From IMG/VR virus record IMGVR_UViG_3300029369_000006, positions 1-40,819 of that record: 40,819 bases of DNA. The stretch is one strand, 5' to 3'. This stretch comes from a virus. Numbering within the stretch: the stretch's first letter is position 1; each line of letters opens with the position of its first letter. The position numbers were made by a program, and so were the translations under genes. Positions 1-7,673 of the stretch are shown one piece after another. The notes below the pieces were generated by a model. It saw only the letters and a list, made by a program, of their open reading frames with translations, ran no database searches and was not told the origin of the DNA.

Positions 1-123
1 CCATAAGACCTTTAAAGGATTTTCCGATGATACCTGTTTTTTTACCATTTGTTGGAATGGTACCGTTAATCTGAAACATACGATTATTTTCATCTATTTT
101 AACAGCACTGACCTTTGATGTTA
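1..123. repeat. terminal direct repeat, left copy (identical to 40697-40819)
   Basis: Base-for-base comparison by eye of 1-123 against 40697-40819 shows no mismatch. The sequences diverge immediately outside the repeat. Confidence 0.97.
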
Positions 124-313
124 CATGAGGTTTTACAGGAGTAAAAGATGATTTAGAGGGAATTGTACTCCAAATAGAGGCCAATTCGTCTTCTGATGAA
201 TTATTTGAGTTGGAACTTGTATTAATTTCACTGGTAGGACATCCGCAATTAGGACATGCCGAAGCTTTGTCAGAAAATTCTTTCCCACATTCAGGACATT
301 TGATTAATGCCAT
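1..313 (-). CDS. zinc-ribbon / glycine-zipper protein, N-terminal part (ORF continues across the circular junction into 40696..40293)
   Basis: The ATG is at 313-311 on the minus strand, preceded by a GGGAGG Shine-Dalgarno. Translation begins MALIKCPECGKEFSDKASACPNCGCPTSE (CPxCG...CPNCG zinc ribbon). The frame stays open to base 1 and is in frame with ORF 40293..40775, which lies partly in the repeat. Confidence 0.8.
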   Translation of the reverse strand, partial: MALIKCPECGKEFSDKASACPNCGCPTSEINTSSNSNNSSEDELASIWSTIPSKSSFTPVKPHVTSKVSAVKIDENNRMFQINGTIPTNGKKTGIIGKSFKGLM

Positions 314-334
314 AACGCATTCCTCCCTTTATAT

Positions 335-661
335 TTATTTCCTTTTGTTTTTCACAAACTCTGCGAACTGGCGAATTTCATCTAGTTCATCTTCTGTATA
401 TTCACTTCCATCAAAATGTGCAGCAATAGTAGTTGGCTCTTGCTCGCCTGAAAAAACGATTTCTCCATCAACTATCTTTTCCGCATCAAGACCTAATTCA
501 CGAGTGATTTTTAATACATTAGTTATATTGGAATTTGCCATTCCTCGTTTAAGAATACTGTCTAATGTTGTCCAAGGCATATTAATCGTTTCAGAAAATT
601 TCTTGAGACTTCCATACCTTTCTATAATAAGAGATTTAATATTGGCTTCAAGCTCTTGCAT
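335..661 (-). CDS. XRE-family HTH repressor (CI-like), no S24 peptidase domain
   Basis: 108 aa with an HTH segment FSETINMPWTTLDSILKRG..NSNITNVLKITRELGL. It is divergent from a Cro-like gene across an operator-rich spacer. Confidence 0.85.
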   Translation of the reverse strand: MQELEANIKSLIIERYGSLKKFSETINMPWTTLDSILKRGMANSNITNVLKITRELGLDAEKIVDGEIVFSGEQEPTTIAAHFDGSEYTEDELDEIRQFAEFVKNKRK

Positions 662-851
662 ATACGATTAACCCTCCTTTTTCAAATCTCTAACTAAATT
701 GATAATAACACCAAAATCTCGAAAAATCAATATAAATATATAATGAATCAATATAAAATCTCGAAAAATCGAAAAAATATATTGACATTCACGAAAATTC
801 GTATATACTTTAAAATGTAATCACGAAAAATCGAGAAAGAGAGGTGAGAAA
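662..851. promoter_or_regulatory. lysis/lysogeny switch region with divergent promoters and reiterated operator motif
   Basis: A 16-bp direct repeat AAAATCTCGAAAAATC occurs at 713-728 and 755-770. Related TCACGAAAA(T/A)TCG sites lie at 788-801 and 821-833. The rightward promoter is TTGACA (782-787), 16 nt, TATACT (804-809). A candidate leftward promoter has -35 at 730-725 and -10 at 707-702. Confidence 0.7.
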
Positions 852-1070
852 GTGTTTCCAAATTTAGAAGCAGAAATGGCACGAGGAAAAATAACACAAT
901 CTAGTATTGCATTGTCATTGGGAATTACACCAACAACATTTTCTTTTAAGTTAAATGGTAAAGCTCCAATTTCCTTAAAAGAGTGTGTAAAAATAAAAAA
1001 CACTTTTTTCCCAGACAAGACATTGGACTACTTATTTGCAACCGAATCAGACCAGAAGGAATCAGCGTAA
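852..1070 (+). CDS. Cro-like HTH regulator
   Basis: GTG start after GAGAGGTGAGAAA. 72 aa with the HTH ITQSSIALSLGITPTTFSFKLNGK. Its position is divergent from the repressor. Confidence 0.8.
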   Translation: MFPNLEAEMARGKITQSSIALSLGITPTTFSFKLNGKAPISLKECVKIKNTFFPDKTLDYLFATESDQKESA

Positions 1071-1083
1071 GGAGGTGAGAGAA

Positions 1084-1194
1084 GTGTTGGACAAAATAAA
1101 GTTCTTTCTTGAAGATGCCACAATCCCCATCATTGGTGGCATCATAGGAAGCTTCATAGGGATGGGGATAGCAGCGTTGTTAGGGATGTTGTAG
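1084..1194 (+). CDS. 36-aa hydrophobic mini-protein (single TM)
   Basis: GTG start after GGAGGTGAGAGAA. Translation is VLDKIKFFLEDATIPIIGGIIGSFIGMGIAALLGML. The ORF was read by hand and is below the ORF-track cutoff. Confidence 0.45.
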   Translation: MLDKIKFFLEDATIPIIGGIIGSFIGMGIAALLGML

Positions 1195-1292
1195 CCAGAA
1201 GGGGGCGAAAGAAATTTTATTAATTGTTACAGTTTTTGTTTTAAATACAGCCTCTTGTATTTTACTTATTAAGGGAGAGAAAGCTTTGGGCA

Positions 1293-1751
1293 TTATATTA
1301 AAGGGACTGGGAGATGGCATTTCTTTAATATACATTTGTACTCAAGCAATATTGAGGCTGTTATGTCATTAAATATTTGATCAAAGTGATCGGAACATTC
1401 AATGAGCGAATAATCTTCGCTATCGTCTTCTGCATCCAAAAGATCGAGATATGCAGCATAAAAATCACTATATTTGGATTGTGATATTGGCTCCATGAGA
1501 TGAATATTTCGTGTAAATAATTCAAGAAAAGCACTTCTTGATTCTGGGCTCATTTGGCTTAGACGATTGCGAAATAGAAAACCAGCACAGTATCTTCGGT
1601 AAAAAGGAATATAAAAATTATCAAGCTGCTCTCTTCGAACCTGTTGCTTTTCGCTGAATACATCTCGTATAGCACTAAGATACACAACAACAAAGGAACC
1701 AATAACTGAGATCAAAGAAACAATAATAGAAGCAACAATAGAAAAATCCAT
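1293..1751 (-). CDS. membrane-anchored protein of unknown function, antisense to the early operon (moron-like)
   Basis: 152 aa with an N-terminal TM helix (FSIVASIIVSLISVIGSFVVVYL). A strong SD (AAAGGAGAATTTAC) precedes the ATG. It is the only leftward gene embedded in the rightward early region. Confidence 0.75.
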   Translation of the reverse strand: MDFSIVASIIVSLISVIGSFVVVYLSAIRDVFSEKQQVRREQLDNFYIPFYRRYCAGFLFRNRLSQMSPESRSAFLELFTRNIHLMEPISQSKYSDFYAAYLDLLDAEDDSEDYSLIECSDHFDQIFNDITASILLEYKCILKKCHLPVPLI

Positions 1752-1887
1752 GTAAATTCTCCTTTCGTATCATAATATTCAGGCATGGCAGTGCCTGTAA
1801 TTACAGTATAGGAGGACATCGCATAAAACACAATATGCACAACCAAAATAGACAGGAATCGAAGAAAAAAGGAAAGAGGTGAATACC

Positions 1888-2034
1888 ATGACAGAAGAAA
1901 GAAAAATGTTATTAAACGAAATTACAGAAGACCTGAAGCATCTGGATCAGAAATCATTGGAGCTGATGCGTACAGGAGTTGAATTACTCAGATGTAGAGA
2001 TGCGATGGAAAAAGCCACAAAGAAAGCAGGATAA
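1888..2034 (+). CDS. 48-aa hypothetical protein
   Basis: ATG follows AAAGAGGTGAATACC. Translation starts MTEERKMLLNEITEDLKHLDQKSLELMRTG. Read by hand. Confidence 0.45.
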   Translation: MTEERKMLLNEITEDLKHLDQKSLELMRTGVELLRCRDAMEKATKKAG

Positions 2035-2145
2035 TTACTTACCCCGCAATCCCAGATACAAAAGATAGAGCTGATATGGAGTTAGAACAACGTGGTTCTG
2101 AATTTCCAAAAGTTCACCGTTGATGTAGATATCCATACGTAACAT
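2035..2145 (-). CDS. 36-aa hypothetical peptide, convergent and abutting the previous ORF
   Basis: Minus-strand ATG at 2145-2143 after AGAAAGGAGAATTGTT. Translation is MLRMDIYINGELLEIQNHVVLTPYQLYLLYLGLRGK. Its stop lies directly adjacent to the stop of 1888..2034. Confidence 0.35.
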   Translation of the reverse strand: MLRMDIYINGELLEIQNHVVLTPYQLYLLYLGLRGK

Positions 2146-2289
2146 AACAATTCTCCTTTCTACTTGTTGTTTATAGAATACTCACGAAATAAGGAGAAAA
2201 CAAGGAAAATAACTCGACAAACGTCGAGTACATTCGATGAGTGACAGTGGACAAGTACATTTCATACCATATCACAGGGAGGTGAGAAT

Positions 2290-2433
2290 GTGACAAAGTT
2301 AGAGTTCGTCACCAGAATACAGGTTAATGGTGTAAAAGAGGAAGTATCAGGTGCAAAAGAAAAAGAGGTTGTTCTTAAGAGCACGGAAAAAGGTCTACAA
2401 ACAATGCGCTATGTGAGAAAGGCTGCCGGATAA
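2290..2433 (+). CDS. 47-aa hypothetical protein
   Basis: GTG follows GGAGGTGAGAAT, the same SD context as cro. Read by hand. Confidence 0.4.
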   Translation: MTKLEFVTRIQVNGVKEEVSGAKEKEVVLKSTEKGLQTMRYVRKAAG

Positions 2434-2454
2434 GGGCGGCAGGGAGGGACAAGC

Positions 2455-2607
2455 ATGAGAGATATAATTGATTCCGCTTTGATTGGAAGTCTTGCAAGCT
2501 TCCTGCCGTTTTGGATGTGGGACAGCAGAAGCGACCAGATCGCCGGAGCAATCGCACTGATTGGAATGATATACATAGCTAGGAGGTGGAAAACATGGCT
2601 GGGTTAA
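2455..2607 (+). CDS. 50-aa hydrophobic hypothetical protein
   Basis: ATG follows AGGGAGGGACAAGC. Translation is MRDIIDSALIGSLASFLPFWMW...IALIGMIYIARRW. It overlaps the next gene by 13 nt. Confidence 0.4.
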   Translation: MRDIIDSALIGSLASFLPFWMWDSRSDQIAGAIALIGMIYIARRWKTWLG

Positions 2608-2918
2608 GCAAAAAGCAGCTGGAAATTAAAAATCAAGCACTGTTGGATTACATAAAAGCCGCGATCTGTGTGCTGGATGATCAGACAGCAGAGGCGAGAC
2701 ATAAGGCAGCATATACGGCAGGTCTTTTGAGCGTGGCAGAGGAAGGCGCAAACAGAAATGTAGCAAGAGGGTATTTTACACCGACTCCAAAATGGAGAAT
2801 CCGGTATGCGGATGGAACAGTTGGATACCAGCTATACGAAAGAAAATATGCTGTGGAAATTGCTGAGAAAAAGAAAGACGAATACGGCGGCAGTTATACG
2901 ATTGAGCCTGTGGAATGA
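2595..2918 (+). CDS. hypothetical early protein
   Basis: ORF-track 2586..2918. The ATG at 2595 is preferred because AGGAGG (2581-2586) lies 8 nt upstream. Confidence 0.65.
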   Translation: MAGLSKKQLEIKNQALLDYIKAAICVLDDQTAEARHKAAYTAGLLSVAEEGANRNVARGYFTPTPKWRIRYADGTVGYQLYERKYAVEIAEKKKDEYGGSYTIEPVE

Positions 2919-3010
2919 AAAAGGATCCTCAGAGCTGCAACTCAGAAGGATCCAAAAGATAATAATAGTTTATCACCCTTTCATTGTATGAGGGTAGAAA
3001 GGAAAAGTCA

Positions 3011-3214
3011 ATGATTAAAGCAGGGAAAACAGGAAACAAAATGTTACTGGAAATTACAGGAGATACACATGAGTTGCTTTGTGAATTTGATGCTGCACTA
3101 AAAGCCATATATGTGATACTGGATAACAGCCTTGTGGAATCAGCTCCATTTAATACGGAAGATATCTTACACACAATGGTAAAAAGAACAGCGGCAGAGA
3201 AAAGGGGAAAGTAA
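3011..3214 (+). CDS. hypothetical early protein
   Basis: In frame with ORF-track 2984..3214. The ATG at 3011 has an AAAGGAAAAG SD, whereas the upstream ATG has none. Confidence 0.55.
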   Translation: MIKAGKTGNKMLLEITGDTHELLCEFDAALKAIYVILDNSLVESAPFNTEDILHTMVKRTAAEKRGK

Positions 3215-3217
3215 GAA

Positions 3218-4489
3218 ATGAGTATGAAAATTAATAAGCTTGAAATTGAAAATGTCAAACGTATCAAAGCTGTAAAAGTAGAGTTTAAAGCAAACGGGCT
3301 TACAGTAATCGGCGGAAACAATAATCAGGGAAAGACTTCTGTTTTGGATTCCATTGCGTGGGCGCTTGGTGGGGAGCGCTACAAGCCATCACAGGCAACA
3401 AGGGAGGGTTCTGTGATTCCACCGACGTTACATATTGTAATGAATAATGGTCTTGTGGTGGAGCGCAAAGGAAAGAACAGCGCACTGAAAGTTACAGATC
3501 CCAATGGGCAGAAAGCAGGACAGCAGCTTCTGAATGAGTTTGTGGAACAGCTTGCATTAGACCTTCCTAAATTTATGGAAGCTTCCAGTGCAGAGAAAGC
3601 CAAAATCCTTTTGCGGATCATTGGTATTGGACCTCAGCTCACACAGCTTGAACAGCAGGAAAAAGAGCTTTATCAGGAACGTTTATACATTGGACGTACT
3701 GCAGATCAGAAAGAGAAATTTGCAAAGGAACAGCCATATTATACGGAGGCCCCCAAAGATTTAATATCTGCTTCTGAGCTGATCCGTCAGCAGCAGGAAA
3801 TCCTTGCAAGAAACGGAGAGAATCAGAGAAAACGTGAACAGCTGCACCAGTTAGAGCAGAGATACCAGCGGATCAATGAGCAGATGGCCAATCTGCTGGC
3901 CGAACAGAAAAAGGTGGAAAGTGATCTGGAGATTGCAAGAAAATCTGCACTGGATCTGCACGACGAATCTACGGAAGAGCTTGAACAGAATATTTCCAAC
4001 ATTGAAGAGATCAACCGGAAAGTCAGGGCAAATCTGGACAAGGAAAAAGCGGAAGATGATGCCAAAACATATCGTGATCAGTACAATTCGCTGACAAAAG
4101 ATCTTGAAGATGTAAGAGACAAAAAAGCAGAGTTGTTGAATGCAGCAGAACTTCCTCTTCCAGAACTTTCTGTCAAGGAAGGTGAACTGATCTACAAAGG
4201 TCAGAAGTGGGATAACATGTCTGGTTCTGATCGGTTAAAGGTATCAACTGCGATTGTGAGAAAGCTGAATCCAAACTGCGGCTTTGTGCTTCTGGACAAG
4301 CTGGAACAGATGGATATGAAGTCTTTACAGGAGTTTGGTGAATGGCTGGAAGCAGAAGGTCTTCAGGCAATCGCAACAAGAGTAAGTACCGGTGATGAGT
4401 GTTCGATCATTATCGAAGACGGATATGTGGTTGGACAGAAGACACCGGAAGAACCTGAAAAGAAAGAATGGAAGGCAGGTACATTTTAA
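3218..4489 (+). CDS. SMC/SbcC-like AAA ATPase (recombination/replication module)
   Basis: The N-terminal Walker A is GGNNNQGKTSVLDSI. A long central coiled coil follows. The C-terminal signature and Walker B-like region is GFVLLDKLEQMD. Confidence 0.8.
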   Translation: MSMKINKLEIENVKRIKAVKVEFKANGLTVIGGNNNQGKTSVLDSIAWALGGERYKPSQATREGSVIPPTLHIVMNNGLVVERKGKNSALKVTDPNGQKAGQQLLNEFVEQLALDLPKFMEASSAEKAKILLRIIGIGPQLTQLEQQEKELYQERLYIGRTADQKEKFAKEQPYYTEAPKDLISASELIRQQQEILARNGENQRKREQLHQLEQRYQRINEQMANLLAEQKKVESDLEIARKSALDLHDESTEELEQNISNIEEINRKVRANLDKEKAEDDAKTYRDQYNSLTKDLEDVRDKKAELLNAAELPLPELSVKEGELIYKGQKWDNMSGSDRLKVSTAIVRKLNPNCGFVLLDKLEQMDMKSLQEFGEWLEAEGLQAIATRVSTGDECSIIIEDGYVVGQKTPEEPEKKEWKAGTF

Positions 4490-5617
4490 ATGAAGATTAC
4501 AAAAGGAATTATTCCGTGTGCAAAGAAAGTGGTGATTTACGGTCCAGAAGGCATTGGAAAGTCAACATTTGCCAGCCAGTTTCCTGATCCGGTGTTTATC
4601 GATACAGAAGGCAGCACAAATTCTATGGATGTGGCAAGATTACCCAAACCTACAAGCTGGCAGATGCTTCTGGAAGAAATCCAGTATGTGAAGGATCATC
4701 CGGATGTCTGCAAGACATTAGTTATTGATACGGTGGATTGGGCTGAATCCATGTGTATCCAGAGCATTTGCGATAAGCATCAGAAATCCGGAATTGAAGA
4801 TTTTGGATATGGAAATGGTTATGTTTATACCAAAGAAGAAATGGGACGCTTCCTGAACCAGCTTTCGGAAGTGGTTGAAGTTGGTGTAAATGTGGTGCTG
4901 ACCGCGCATGCCCAGATCAGGAAATTTGAGCAGCCGGATGAGCTGGGAGCCTATGACCGCTGGGAACTGAAACTTGGAAAGAAAACATCTTCCCAGACAT
5001 CGCCACTCATTAAGGAATGGGCGGATATGCTGTTGTTTGCAAACTATAAGACGTTTTCCATTGCAGTAGATGATAAAGGTCAGAAGCGAAAAGCACAGGG
5101 TGGGGAACGTGTACTGTATACGTCTCATCATGCCTGCTGGGATGCAAAGAACCGTTATGGGCTTCCGGAACAGGTGCCATTCAGCTTCTCATCCATTGCA
5201 CACATCATTAATGGAAAGCCAGAGGAAAAAGCAGAAGTGCGTTCACCACAACCTACCTATCAGGTGGAGAAGCCAAAAACAACACAGCCTGTCCCGGAAC
5301 CAACTCAGCAGGCATACACTGCAGGTGAGCAGATGAATCTTCCGTTGAATGAACCGGTTAAACAGGAAGAACAGAAAGCATTCCCGGCACAGGATCCAGG
5401 AATCCCTAAGGCGCTGCGTGATCTGATGGAAGAAAATCATGTAGATGAATGGGACATCCAGAATGTAGTGGCTGCAAGGGGTTATTATCCGGCAGATGTG
5501 AAGATCAAAGATTATGATAAGGACTTTATTGATGGATGTCTGATCGGAGCATGGCAGCAGGTTTACGGTATGATCAGGGAAATGAAAGAAAAACAGGAAG
5601 TACCATTTAATAATTAA
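4490..5617 (+). CDS. Sak4-like / AAA_24 RecA-fold ATPase (single-strand annealing accessory)
   Basis: The sequence VVIYGPEGIGKSTFASQFPDPVFIDTEGST is characteristic of the phage AAA_24/Sak4 family. Its start abuts the previous stop. Confidence 0.8.
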   Translation: MKITKGIIPCAKKVVIYGPEGIGKSTFASQFPDPVFIDTEGSTNSMDVARLPKPTSWQMLLEEIQYVKDHPDVCKTLVIDTVDWAESMCIQSICDKHQKSGIEDFGYGNGYVYTKEEMGRFLNQLSEVVEVGVNVVLTAHAQIRKFEQPDELGAYDRWELKLGKKTSSQTSPLIKEWADMLLFANYKTFSIAVDDKGQKRKAQGGERVLYTSHHACWDAKNRYGLPEQVPFSFSSIAHIINGKPEEKAEVRSPQPTYQVEKPKTTQPVPEPTQQAYTAGEQMNLPLNEPVKQEEQKAFPAQDPGIPKALRDLMEENHVDEWDIQNVVAARGYYPADVKIKDYDKDFIDGCLIGAWQQVYGMIREMKEKQEVPFNN

Positions 5618-5631
5618 GGAGGATATGAGAT

Positions 5632-6078
5632 ATGGCAACAGAAGGAAGAGAGTTTGGTTGGGAAGACACCATTAAGGAAGATGCGCAGGAATTTGAGCCG
5701 CTTCCGGAAGGTGATTACAATGTAACGATTGAAAAATTTGACAGAAGCAGATCATCAGGAAGTGGAAAACTTCCGGCATGCAATATGGCGGTGGTTTATT
5801 TTAATGTACATGCTCCAAACAGAGAAATAACTATTCGTGAAAACTATGTGCTGCACAGTAGTCTGGAATGGAAACTGTCAGAACTGTTCCGTGGTGTCGG
5901 TCTGAAAAAAGAAGGTGAAGAGCTCCGTATGGACTGGAGTGCACTGCCGGGTAAGACTGCACGAGCAAAGATCGGGCTGAGAGCAGGGACAAAAGATCCG
6001 ACAAAGAAATACAATTACATTGAGAAGCTTTATCCGAAAGAGGCATCAAAACCGGCATTTACACCAGGGGGATTTTAA
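5632..6078 (+). CDS. DUF669-family protein (SSB-like partner of Sak4 modules)
   Basis: 148 aa with an EFEPLPEGDYNVTIEKF-type N-terminus. It holds the conserved position between the Sak4-like ATPase and the helicase. Confidence 0.7.
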   Translation: MATEGREFGWEDTIKEDAQEFEPLPEGDYNVTIEKFDRSRSSGSGKLPACNMAVVYFNVHAPNREITIRENYVLHSSLEWKLSELFRGVGLKKEGEELRMDWSALPGKTARAKIGLRAGTKDPTKKYNYIEKLYPKEASKPAFTPGGF

Positions 6079-6081
6079 AAA

Positions 6082-7671
6082 ATGGAGCTGAGACCATATC
6101 AGCAGGAAGCCAAGGAAGCAATCTTTGAACAGTGGGATAGCGGAGTGTTAAAAACTCTGCTGGTCCTTCCCACAGGTTGTGGTAAGACGGTAGTTTTTGC
6201 AAAAGTGACAGAAGACTGTGTTCGTCAGGGCAGCAGAGTACTGATACTTGCTCACCGTGGAGAACTATTGGATCAGGCAGCTGACAAGCTGAAAAAGACA
6301 ACGGGACTTGGCTGTGCAGTAGAAAAAGCAGAGTCTTCATGCCAGGGCACATGGTTCCGTGTAGTTGTCGGTTCTGTACAGACCCTCATGAGAGAAAAAC
6401 GTCTGAACAGTTTTTCATCTGACTATTTCGACACGATCATCATAGATGAAGCACATCATTGTATTTCTGACAGCTATCAGAGAGTGTTACAGCATTTTTC
6501 AGGAGCGCATGTACTTGGTGTTACGGCAACACCAGACAGAGGCGATATGAAAAATCTTGGTACATATTTTGAATCTCTTGCTTATGAATATACACTTCCG
6601 AAAGCAATCAAAGAGGGATATCTGTCACCAATAAAAGCACTGACGATTCCATTAAAGATTGATATGAGTAGTGTATCGGTACAGGCAGGTGATTTCAAAG
6701 CAAGTGATATCAGCACTGCATTGGATCCGTACCTGCAGGGAATTGCAGAAGAAATGAAGAAATACTGTCAGGATAAAAAGACGGTTGTATTTCTTCCACT
6801 GGTAAAGACCAGTCAGAAGTTCCGTGATCTGTTGAATGAAAATGGCTTTCATGCTGCAGAAGTAAACGGAGACAGTCAGGACAGAGCTGAAATTTTACGT
6901 GATTTTGATTCTGGAAAATACAATGTGCTGTGCAATTCCATGTTACTTACGGAAGGCTGGGACTGCCCGTCTGTTGATTGTATTGTAGTTCTGAGACCGA
7001 CAAAGGTCAGAAGTTTGTACTGTCAGATGGTTGGACGAGGTACCAGATTGTCACCAGAAACAGGAAAAAATCACCTGTTGTTGCTGGATTTTCTCTGGCA
7101 TACAGAGCGGCATGAGCTGTGCCATCCGGCAAGCTTGATTTGTGAAAATCAGGAAGTGGCGCAGAAAATGACAGAGAATCTGGAAAAAGATGCAGGAATG
7201 CCGATTGACATAGAAGAAGCTGAGAAAAAGGCATCTGAGGATGTGGTTGCACAGCGTGAAGAGTCACTGGCAAAACAGCTTTCGGAAATGAAAAGACGAA
7301 AGAAGAAACTTGTGGATCCATTACAATTCGAGATGTCGATTCAGGCAGAAGATCTGTCTAGTTATGTACCGTCTTTTGGATGGGAGATGGGACCGCCATC
7401 TGATAAACAGAAGAATACACTGGAAAAACTGGGTATTCTTCCTGATCAGATAGATAATGCAGGGAAAGCAGCTAAGATTCTTGATCGACTGGAAAAGAGA
7501 AGAAATGAAGGACTGACGACTCCAAAACAGATTCGATTTCTGGAAGGAAGAGGTTTTCAGCATGTAGGTACATGGCAGTTTGAGACAGCGAAGAACCTGA
7601 TTGATCGGATTGCCGGTAATGGTTGGCGAGTCCCAAGTGATATTGTACCACAGGAATATAAAGGAGCATAA
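6082..7671 (+). CDS. DEAD/DEAH-box superfamily 2 helicase
   Basis: Motif I is LPTGCGKT and motif II is IIIDEAHH. Also present are TATP and the C-terminal helicase motifs (LLTEGWD, QMVGRGTR). Confidence 0.9.
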   Translation: MELRPYQQEAKEAIFEQWDSGVLKTLLVLPTGCGKTVVFAKVTEDCVRQGSRVLILAHRGELLDQAADKLKKTTGLGCAVEKAESSCQGTWFRVVVGSVQTLMREKRLNSFSSDYFDTIIIDEAHHCISDSYQRVLQHFSGAHVLGVTATPDRGDMKNLGTYFESLAYEYTLPKAIKEGYLSPIKALTIPLKIDMSSVSVQAGDFKASDISTALDPYLQGIAEEMKKYCQDKKTVVFLPLVKTSQKFRDLLNENGFHAAEVNGDSQDRAEILRDFDSGKYNVLCNSMLLTEGWDCPSVDCIVVLRPTKVRSLYCQMVGRGTRLSPETGKNHLLLLDFLWHTERHELCHPASLICENQEVAQKMTENLEKDAGMPIDIEEAEKKASEDVVAQREESLAKQLSEMKRRKKKLVDPLQFEMSIQAEDLSSYVPSFGWEMGPPSDKQKNTLEKLGILPDQIDNAGKAAKILDRLEKRRNEGLTTPKQIRFLEGRGFQHVGTWQFETAKNLIDRIAGNGWRVPSDIVPQEYKGA

Positions 7672-7673
7672 AC

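Noticed and set aside
210-671. 153-aa plus-strand ORF covering the repressor and zinc-ribbon gene region
   Set aside because: It is antisense to two minus-strand genes that have good SD sequences and recognisable HTH and zinc-ribbon motifs. Its translation is low-complexity (S/I/L-rich) and it has no ribosome-binding site. It is a shadow ORF.
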